Assembly (NCBI GenBank): GCA_964016885.1 | Contig: OZ024740.1 | Coordinates: 306,838,001-306,902,000 of the forward strand | DNA: 64,000 nt | Reading direction: 5' to 3' | Origin: Eledone cirrhosa | Lineage: Eukaryota | In this document: positions 53,761 to 64,000 of the stretch, piece after piece | How the letters are laid out: the number at the start of each line of letters is the position of its first letter | Position numbering within the stretch: position 1 is the stretch's first letter | The notes under the pieces: generated by a model | The model's input: the letters and a program-made list of their open reading frames with translations, nothing else | The model's database searches: none | What the model was told of the DNA's origin: nothing | Made by a program: the position numbers and the translations under genes

Positions 53761-54807
53761 GTGGGCCCCCATTTGCATACAATAGTGAGAGCTGGGGAAA
53801 GCAAGAGAGACGGAGGCAGTGAGTGAACGAGGGAGAATATCAACATACACACGCACACACTTTTCAGTTCGATTATTTTGAATGATTAAAGGTACAATAG
53901 TTCAGAGGAGTTGCAATATATTTCATGAATATGAAGTTTATGGCTTATTTACAGCTTTTATTATTTAGAGAATTACTGAAACAAAAACAATAGCTTAACA
54001 TACTTATCAATAGAATTACCTTTTAGCTGTTATCACTCACACTCAAATAATATCAGTACTCATATAGTTTTTCATTAAAAATCTGCTATTTGAATGCAAG
54101 CTAAGTAAAATGCTTCGTAAATTAATTTTAAAGACTATCTACTAATTTACAAGCAAATAGCATTTTTTAATATCAGAAAATGCTTGAGTATTAGTGCTTA
54201 TTTGAGTGTGGGTGTAATGTGTTAATGACTAAAAAAGAATTCTATTGGTTAGTATTTTAAGCTATAGTTATTTTTTATTTCTGGAGGAGAAAGTTTATCA
54301 TAGTAAATTACAACTGAACTATGAAACTGCTCTGTACTGTCTAACTTTAAACCTTTTTCTATATAGTGTTTTACACAAGAAATGTAAAAAATTATTGTTG
54401 TGGTGTAATTTATTGTCACTTAACTAAAAACTATCACCAAAATGTCCCACAACCTAAATACCAAAGAGAAGAAAGCATGCCTATAGAAATAATAATTCTT
54501 TAGTAGCTTCATTTTCTATTGGATAACTCAGCCCATAAAACAATTTACCTGTTGTTAGTACTACACATGTAGTTAGTAGTTTGGTTCAAAATGAATTAGA
54601 ACAAAAGAAACAAAAAAACCTGAGACTCTGAGGAAGAGAAATGGAAAACTCTGGTACTTTTACCATTTCCAAAGCCAAGAAATTAAAAGCAAGTCACATA
54701 CTCAACTCACAAGAAAAAATCTAACAGATTTCTAAACAGACAAAAGTTAGATTATAGTTATGATTGCTGAATAAATGTCGAACTATATATGTCACATTCA
54801 ATGTTAA

Positions 54808-54930
54808 CCCTTTAGCATTTAAACCGGCCAGAACTCTCTCACCTCTTTCTGTTCAAACTGGGAGTAACTGGCCACTCATACTGATGTTAAGGTATTGTTC
54901 TCAAAATATCATAGATTCGATGTTATGGCA
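54808..54930 (+). mobile_element. piggyBac-type MITE, left part only
   Basis: TTAA|ccctttagcatttaaaccggcc.... Similarity ends where the Tc1/mariner relic begins. Confidence 0.7.
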
Positions 54931-54934
54931 GATA

Positions 54935-56109
54935 CAGTGTCTAAGACAACAAGACCCCAATGGGAGTTCCAACACCAGATTTTCTATGTGAAACACTATG
55001 ATAAGTGTGGATCGTACAAGCAGGTCCAGGAGCAATTTCATGCATTTTTTTGGAATGGATAAATCTCTCTTGAAAGCCAGTACATAAAAGTGGGTGAAGA
55101 AATTTGAGACCTATGGGATAGTGGAGAACTTCAATACAATGTCTGAGGACTGTCCTACTCAGGAAGTTATTCACATGGTCTAAGAGTTTATTAAACAGAA
55201 CCCAATCCCTGGGTCCTCTATAAAAACTTGCAGAAGCATTGTTTAAAGAGGATCTTAAGGAGTATCTCTACAGAATACAGATTAAACAAAAGCTTACTGT
55301 AGCTGATAAAACCAAGAGAAAGGCTATGGCTGAGAAAATACTGGAGATGGAAAACAAACCAAATTTTCTGACTCTGCTGTGAACCTCTGATGAAGCCCAC
55401 TTTTACTTAGAGGGGAACATCAACTCTAAGAACAATGCATTCTTGGGGTTAGAGAAACCCACTGGAGTGGCTGTAAAACTTTCCACTCAGCTAAATGTAC
55501 CGTCTTGGCTGCCATTTCTGAGAGAGGGTTGATTGGCCCATTCTGCTTCGAAGAAAATGGTGTCACTGCTACAGTTATAAAGGAATGCTATGTGGAGGTC
55601 CCGGATGACTTCAAAAAAGGAGCTACAGACCATGTATATATCTCTAATGAATAAGTTTTGGCTCTAACAAGACTATCTCCAATAGGTTGCCAGAATGGCT
55701 GAAAAGTAAATTTGGAAATCGTGTGATCAGTTTGAAGACTGATTTTGAGTGGGCTTCATTCACACAACCCTGATTTAAGACCTCCAGATTTCTTTCTTTG
55801 GGTCTATCTGAAGGATAGAGTATATGTCAACAAACTTATGACCATCACTGAACTAAAGGAGATGATCAGAGCCATCTTTATGTCTGTTTGTAAAGACATT
55901 GTGCTAAACTTCACCATGCACCTAAAACAATGCATGATTTCAAATGGGGGTCACTTGGAACACTGGACAGAAAAATCAGAAGATAGTGAATTTTTGATAT
56001 GTTGTTCTTAATGCTTTTCATTAAATATATTCTGAATTTCACCAGATTTTGTCAAAAAATGAATATAGACAAAAATAAAAATGGGGCCAGTTTTTTTTAG
56101 TCAACCTGT
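54935..56109 (+). mobile_element. Tc1/mariner-superfamily transposon relic (maT/rosa-like motifs)
   Basis: SDEAHFYLEGNINSKN at ~55386, LIGPFCFEEN, and PDLRPPDFFLWVYLKDRVY. Ends are TA|CAG ... CTG|TA. Many stops. Confidence 0.75.
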
Positions 56110-59100
56110 ATGAAGTTTGTTGAAATGTAAAACATGAACCATAGCTTCCTAGTAAGGCTAGTGGTTGATAAATCAAGGATTTGTTACTTGCCAGTAAACT
56201 AATGCCAGCATACTCCTCTACTATATCTAACAATATACAATGCCATATTAGTCCCTTTGACATCAACCCTGCTAAAATTACTCCTGGTCGTAGATTACTA
56301 ACTCACCTGAAACCATGTCATAAAGAGAGATTATATCTAAATTAAAATGCCAACAAAAATATTATTATATGAATGACAATGTCAGATTTCATTGTTTATA
56401 TTTAAAAACTGAAATTATGTTACAATAAATTAAAAAAAAAATTTAGATACTTGAGTTGATCGAGATTATAAGACGATAAGCAAATTTGAGATAAAAGAAA
56501 AACAAGCAATGAGATGACTGGAATATAAGATGAGCTCAAAATTACAAACTACAACTCAATATCAAATTTTATTTATATATTAACTATGTCATAGATGTAT
56601 TTCTAATGAAATATGTTCTATTTCAATTAATTAAAGAAGAATGTTGAGATATTTACTAAAATTATCAATTATTTCATTACTAAGAGAAACTTTAACATGG
56701 TTCTTTATAAAATTATGCAGGAAAGTTTTGATTTAAATATAAACTCTTTAAAATGGGTGACTTTGAAGGGTAGAATCAGAGGCAGCTTGATATCAAAAGG
56801 GGTAAAACACACAAAAAAAAAAAATCATTGAGCAGTCCATTCAAACGAGTCCATCAGATTTTTCATATAATTATCGGGCCTGTTTGTCATCACAAAGTCA
56901 TTATTAGGCTCATCCTCTTCTTTGGCTGCTTAGTCCTCTGTCTGATTTAGGTGGTCATGTGGAGACAGGCCATGGCAGGTCTTGGAATGTATAAACTGCC
57001 CAGCAGAATCTTAATGTTCAAGTTACTAAAGGTGCTCTGGGCACCTTTAGTAATGACAATTTGAGTAAAAACAAAGCTATTCTGCCAGTATTCAGTAACT
57101 TGATTCACATGGATGAGTCCATGGCAGGCCTTCTTTGCACTATTTGAGCAGCTGGTTTCTTTCAGCCTCTAACTTCTCTGCTACATTAAATCCATGTGCA
57201 TACCATTTTTAACTTGAAGTTGCCATCATAGGCATGTCTTCTAGTTTGATCAGGTATGTTGGCTTTAAAGTTTTCCCCGTATAAATTTATATGATAGAAA
57301 GAGAAATTGTTAAACTATGCAATAAGATTGATGTTACTGTATAATGCAGTGTAATACAAATGCACAAACAAGTGCCCCAATTTGTTATTAATAAACTTTT
57401 AAGATATAAAATTTATTTAATGCAAAAATTTATGTAAGAGCCACTCACTGAATTTGGCTGTAATTTTTATGAGCATCATTTTAGCTACAACTAGCAAAAA
57501 TGATTGACTTTAATTCCTTATTTATTTTGTGATATGGTGTATCTATCTGTCCTGATATCCTGATATGTGATAATTGATTTACATTTTTCTGTTAAGAGCA
57601 AACCCATTGGCTATCAATAGAGTACTTGCAGTTTATTAGAATGCTCTAACATAGAAATTGGTGGAATCAAAATGTCGTCAATAAAAACACTTACCAGTAC
57701 TCCTTTTCTATTTCAGAATATGTGTCTGTTTTTTAATGCCATTAGAACATAACTCTGACAGAAACATGAAATAAAACGGGTAATCAAATACTGCAAATGT
57801 TGGTAGAATTTTAATATCACTCATGTGGACATTAGCTCTTCGTTATAACTACTGACTTGATTGTAAGTCAAGTTGTTAATTCTGGAGTACTTTTTAAGTA
57901 AAAAAAAAGTTTTGTCTTATAGTCAAGTATTTATACTTTACTAAACCCTGTTAAGTTATTGAATTTCAAAAAAGAATAAATAAAACAAACTTATTAATCA
58001 AGGCAGGGCATATCTACATTTCTATCTGAAATGGATGATAGCAAGCTTCTCTATATTGTACATATTTTATTTTCAGTCTTTTGCAGTTTGGATAGTTGAC
58101 TTACAAATATAACTAAGTGAAATTGCACAAAACTTGTAATTTAGTAGGGTAGGAAACAAGCATTGCATATGTCAATAGAATAGTAGTATGAAGCAACATA
58201 CACACAACTAGCAGTTCACTATCAGAGCTAATTTCTACCTTCCAACTAGCTGACGTATATAGGGGAGGAAAGGGGGTAAAAAAAAAAGCTATCTGACGTA
58301 TATAGGTGGAAGAGGGGGTAGAAAACAAGCTATCTTTATCCTTTAGTACTAGAAATGAAAGAGCACTGTACTTATGCTTGGATATTACTAATCTAGCATG
58401 CACCAACAGTACTTTTGCAGTCAAAAATAGCTATCAGAAATGTGACACATTCTATAAACTATTGCATTAATTCAGACTAATATTCTACCTTCATGATCTC
58501 AAATTGTTCTCTGCTAGTTATTCTCTCTAGCCTAAAAACAATGGAATACTTATTATTTTGCTTTTTTAAAATATAAACTAAGCAATCCATTAACAATTAG
58601 ATAGTAAGTAATTCAGCAACAATTAAGCAAGAATGAAATTAATCATAAGTAACATATTCATAAAATTAATGTACACGTGTGTGCATGACTATAGAGTTAT
58701 AAGATCATTGAGTTAAAAGGTGAAAACATAGTAAATTATCTGGAAGAGGGTAATCATTCAACAATACTAATTAAAAACAATAAACCTCGTAACAATATGA
58801 AATAGCTTCTAGTTGGCATAATGAAGAGGATATAGCTAATAAACAGTAAGACGATGGTAACTATAAACACATATTTCCAGAAAAGAAGTTTCTTTGTTGC
58901 TATTTTACTAAACACAAAGTAATTTTTCTATCAAAGAGCAAGTTTAATGCTCAATAGATAGAAAAAAATAAAGAAAAAAGAAACATCAAGGTTATTGAGT
59001 GTAGCAAACCTTGGCTTAAAATAGCTATATGGGTACGAGGGTGGGGCAGATGGTAAAGGGATAACTTAGCTGTTTCTAATTATATATTGTGGAAAAAAAC

Positions 59101-59513
59101 TGTTTAAAATGGACTGGTGAGATTGCTCTATGATAGAAATATATATTGGATGTCCTTTCAGTTTACCAAGAATTGGTCTTTATCAATCTTATGATACACA
59201 ACTACTGTGTTAAATGTTTTTACTGAACTTAATCAAAAAACAAATTTAAAGAAGCAGAGCGGTCCGATTCTCAAAACCATATTAGCATATTTAGGATGAT
59301 CCAGCAACTGGTATGATGTCTATGTTCTAATAGCAAACCTTTTATCTTTAGGTCTATGCAGTGCTGGATTTAGGACAAATGAGACCCTGTACTTAAGTAC
59401 ACCTAACCACAACGGTAAATTCAGCACTGGGTCTATGTAAAATTCCCCCAAGTGAGACAACTGGCCCCATGAACATAAACTATCATATATATATATATAT
59501 ATATATATGATAT

Positions 59514-59853
59514 GGAGGCACATGGCTTAGTGGTTAGAGCATTGGCCTTGCAATCGAAAGGTTGTGAGTTCAATTCTCAGACCGGGTGATGTGTTGTTTC
59601 CTTGAGCAAGACACTTTATTTCACATTGCTCCAGTTTACTCAGCTGTAGAAATGAGATGATAGGGACTGGGGTCCCTATCATTCCACTGTAAAGTGGACA
59701 TGTAGGCACCACGGCAAAAAAGCACCCAGCACTCACTGTAAATGAGGTTGGTGTTAGGAAGGGCATCCAGCTGTAGAAATCAAGCCAGAATCAGTTCCCG
59801 TCCCACCCTTGCAAGCAGGTAAAAGCGGACGTTAAATGAAATGATGATGATGA
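59514..59853 (+). mobile_element. tRNA-derived CORE-type SINE with RTE-like 3' tail
   Basis: A-box TGGCTTAGTGG and B-box GAGTTCAATTC. The central ccttgagcaagacactt...ccagtttactcagctgtagaaatg resembles the MIR CORE domain. Tail cttgcaagcaggtaaaagcggacgttaaatg(atg)n. Confidence 0.85.
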
Positions 59854-59882
59854 TATCATATATTATATATATAATAATATAT

Positions 59883-59929
59883 ATGCAAGCAGGGAAAAGC
59901 GGACGTAAAATGATGATGATGATGATGAT
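59883..59929 (+). mobile_element. Extremely 5'-truncated LINE/SINE tail
   Basis: tgcaagcagggaaaagcggacgtaaa(atg)n, essentially identical to 25957-25992. Confidence 0.8.
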
Positions 59930-60185
59930 ACAGACTGGACTTGAACTGTTAAGATCTCATTCCTGGGTTAATGTCACTATTTATAAAACAAACTTTGTAT
60001 TTTATCTGATGAGAGCATACCAAAGTTTTGGTACCCTTGAAATATATATAATAGAATAAATATGGTTTTATAAATATAGTTTCCATTTATTAATATCATT
60101 GATATTATACTCCAGAAACCTGTCGAGTGCTTCGAATCTGTTATAAATATATTGTTGAATTACCAACAAATTAAATATCCTTTTG

Positions 60186-60224
<39 letters not shown>

Positions 60225-60500
60225 GTTTTTAAAAATAAAAACTATTGATTTTCAATACTATTTCAATTATATTTGTAGGGAATGTGTGTGTACATGAATA
60301 AGGTGGCTACTCAAATTATAAGCATGCTCATAAGGTGAAAGAATAAAACCACTCTAATTTCAACAAAAACAAACGTTCAGAAACCAGCCATTTGTAAAGT
60401 ACAGTGGTATTTGGAAATAAATTACCTGACAGGAGATATCAAACAATTTATTCCGAAACTAAATTTGGTTCAAATTCAGTATACAAATAAAACGTGTGTA

Positions 60501-60541
<41 letters not shown>

Positions 60542-63500
60542 CCCAATCAAGAAGCAAACATTGTTTAATATTAAATTATCATATCTATGCATAATTCTAT
60601 AATCTACTGTTTTCTGAGCCCAAATAAGTTATGTCAAAATGTTTGCATTGTTATGAACTATAAATGTTCCCCCAGTGGTTATATAAGAACTATTAGCTAT
60701 TTATTATATACCTTATATATGACAATGTTAGCCCAACACATGCCATCATGGAAAGCGAACGTAAAATGATGAATGTCTATTTTCAGGCAAAATATATTTT
60801 GTATACCTTTGAAGTGTCAGTCTCTCAGGAATATTACTGAATCTCTATTGTACTCAGTAATAAAGTGTGGTTAACAAGACTGCCTATTCATATCCATATT
60901 TTATATAAATTTACAAGCCCTAATTTTTAAAGTAGCTTCTCTTTTTTGAAATTGTTTGAAATTGACAATATTAGAATAGATCTTAATCACCTTTATTGAT
61001 GTGCTGGCTATAATATAACTTTTTTAGGATTCTTCCTAAAGTCCTATTTTCTCTTCCCACCATGGACATGGATTTAAAAACTTAGTAATCCCATTATCTT
61101 TTTAAACCCAAACTAGATATTAAGAAGATATGATACATTACATTTTTTGGTTTATAATAAAAGGTGGACTAGACTGACTTGACAGTGAAATAAGTGTTCA
61201 ATATTGAAACTGGCAAAAATTTGGTTTTGTTCACCAACAATTTTAATGAAAATTGATTAAAAAAAAAAAGATAAGTCTTTATGTAAGACGTTTGGCCTGC
61301 TAAAAGTAGCAGCCAATCTCTCTCAAATTACAATGTTACAAACAGAAGCTAGAATGCCTTTCATAATAGGTTTGCTTGATCAAGACTGACCTTGGGCACC
61401 AACATTAATATTATCTGGTTCCCAATACAATGAAAGATGATTAATCAGCAAAAAGTCCTCATAAAATTCAAATACTTTTAAATCAGAGTGAAATTTTCCT
61501 CTGTAGAAAACTTTCTCCTTTTGTGTTTTGGGAAAAACAAACATGTAGTGCCTCATCAGAAGAATGGAGTAATTTTTTTTTAGAGCAGGGATATTCCATC
61601 AGCAATAGTATTTGGCAGGAGACATACGAGTTAAGAGACAGGTTATACCAATGTTAAGTCAGAAATTTCAACTGTTTATATTAGTTCCACATGAATAACA
61701 TAGCTCTATACATTATTTGCCATACACCCTGCCAGGTATTCACAACCTAATCAATAATATATGCACTATATATATTGCCAACTCATGAACAGCACACAAC
61801 TAAAACCACATGATCTACAATGCTCAACTAAAATAGCATCCCTAAAATATATTTAATTCCAAGGCAATAGCAGACACTACAAGGTATATGCCCCACATTA
61901 ACATTAGAATGTTGCTCACACTAAAGGCCACCAACCTCTACTCACTAACACACTACAGCTCATCAGTGTGATATACCCACTCCCTATATCTTATATTGCT
62001 CCATTTAACTTGCTGTGCACCTCGCCCAACTAACAAATACCTACATATTCTCAGTGTGTATTAAGCACATTCTCAATCTACATTCCCCACCACTGCAACA
62101 CATCAGAATTTTTTTCACCCATATCAATTGAATCAACGTTTGATTTTTTTCTTTTGTAATTTCTGTTTAACTATTAACAACTTGTAAGGATTTAGCAGAA
62201 TATATCTAAAAGTATGTTTGTTAATTCAAATGTTTATAGTATTTGTTGATGCTTTGTGAAATTTTACTGTAAACTAAAGTATAGACTTTAATATGATGAT
62301 GTGATAGTGCTGTTTCATATGCTCTTCTATAGTTATAGTTGGATGAATGTCCATCTTAATGCTTTTGTTTTATCATTGGATTGGTTTAGAGATAGGGGTA
62401 ATGCCCATAGTCTTTGCAGGCCCTCCCAGACTGGTGAGATTTTTGCTATTAATATTCTACTTAAACTGTTAGGGAATTCCAGAGGGACAACATTCTAAGA
62501 AACAAGACATAATGGGTAATGCTGGGCTTGGGAGGCAGTAAGAAGTGGACACAATTTGAGTGATGAGAGCTAAGTTGGTACAAAACAAGCCAGCTCTAGT
62601 AATAACAAAACAAATTTAAAACTATTCCATCAATACAAAACAATAAACATATAAAGCCATCTCAATTTTATGGCAGAGTGTAGGAATGTATGTACATAAA
62701 ATGCAGAACCCTGGCCTATCTGAGAGGTCAGTAGCTCCAGTGACGACCTACCCAACCCTATTAACAGAGAAAGCAGGACTTAAATGATTCCATGTAACCC
62801 CGCCCAGGAACACTAAAAAAATTAAAGGAATGTATCTAATTACTTTAATGCTTCATTTTATTTTAGAGGAGCTTTTTTTCCCCCAATGTACTACACATAT
62901 ATATATATATATACATATAAACTGAACTGGGTATGAAATATAACTAGACAATCTGTGTCTATAAATAGTGTTATAAAAACTTCCTTTATTATAGTTTAGA
63001 TTGTAAAAACAATGTAGTAAAGGAGTTTCATTCTCCTAAAAAAACAAAACAAAACAGAAAATATTTATGATCATTTTAGTTAATAACAAAAGCAATGTAT
63101 GAAAGTCATATTATATACCCACTTGCAAAAATACTAGCGAGCTATTTTTGAATTGCTGTATTTTTGGTGATGATAAAAAAAATACTTTCCTCCTGTATGA
63201 AAGCGTGCGTGTGTGCCTGCATGCACACGTGTGTGAAAACTGAGTTGTTGCCAAAAAAATAATTCTTTTCTACTGCAAAAGTTTCATGCTATATTCATAG
63301 AATGTGATTCTTGTATTTGTAAGGGCACCATTAGGGATGTGATTCATTATCAGCTTGCTCTGAGGAAGTAATAGCAGCAGTAGCAACTATTTGAAATCAA
63401 GCTTTCTTTCTACTTATGGTGCAGGCTTTATTATTCATTATTATACAACCAGCCATGCCATACCTTACCATACATGTCAACATGTAAAGGGCAAACCTGC

Positions 63501-63691
63501 TGTAAATTCCAAATCAAACCATGGCATTATTTTCATTTGGACATAATAAAAATACACAACTTGAAGCTTAACAAAGAAGACTTTGGTCATGCTACATCAT
63601 TGAGAATAAGGGGAATTGCTAGAAATACTAACAAAATGGAAACTCATTATTGACAAGAGTGAAATTATCCAATAGAAATACTTGATAGTTT

Positions 63692-63845
63692 ACAAGGGTA
63701 GGTTGAAAAGTTCATAGGCTGACTATGAAAGAGTGATGCTAAAGCTTTCATTTTTAACAAAAGGTTATAGAGACAATAAACCACAGTAAAACTTAACAAG
63801 ACTGCTACATATGAGGGTAGGTTGAAAAGTTCATAGGCTGATTAT
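63692..63845. mobile_element. Two mariner TIR remnants in the same orientation
   Basis: agggtaggttgaaaagttcataggctga at ~63695 and ~63814. Confidence 0.7.
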
Positions 63846-63849
63846 AGTA

Positions 63850-64000
63850 TCGGTAGAAGGCCTGATGCCATGCTTTGCAGCAAAGAGTTACGGCCCTTTA
63901 TGGTCCGAGTTCAAATCCCGCCGAGGTTAACTTTGCCTTTCATCCTTACGGGGTCGATAAAATAAAGTACCAGTAATACACTGGGATATTGCTGGCCTTA
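63850..64000 (+). mobile_element. tRNA-derived SINE
   Basis: GAGTTCAAATCCcgccgaggttaactttgcctttcatcc...ggggtcgataaaataaagtaccagt. Confidence 0.75.

Noticed and set aside
53582-53782. - strand 66-aa ORF as an upstream exon of the zinc-finger gene
   Set aside because: The + strand translates as a CRE retrotransposon C-terminus, which explains the GC-rich patch.
59514-59586. tRNA gene
   Set aside because: It has A and B boxes but continues into a CORE domain and LINE tail, so it is a SINE head.

Overview
AT-rich, repeat-dense animal genomic DNA. The SINE, RTE and MITE repertoire and the (AT/AC)n abundance suggest a coleoid cephalopod, probably octopus (inference). There are two convergent host genes. 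The first is the 3' half of an insulin receptor substrate (IRS/chico-like) gene on the + strand, with five exons whose splice phases chain correctly from about 1785 to 9721. It carries multiple YxxM motifs, a YxN motif and two C-terminal SHP2-type motifs. The second is a 936-aa zinc-finger gene on the - strand (44495-47305) with a single coding exon, a 1+4+3+2 finger layout and a C-terminal Ikaros/Hunchback-type dimerisation pair. Between them lie a nested transposon cluster (Penelope-like, several RTE LINEs with an internal PHD-like finger, a CRE-clade LINE, mariner, SINEs, TTAA-type MITEs), a ~6.8-kb compound AT/AC microsatellite and a near-perfect 40-bp tandem array. The most notable observation is a 28-bp minisatellite downstream of the IRS stop whose unit carries a let-7 seed match. 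Further let-7 and miR-125 seed matches lie downstream of the zinc-finger gene, and an inverted MITE pair brackets a frame-symmetric IRS exon. There is no CRISPR or prokaryotic system, and all transcript-level claims are untested.
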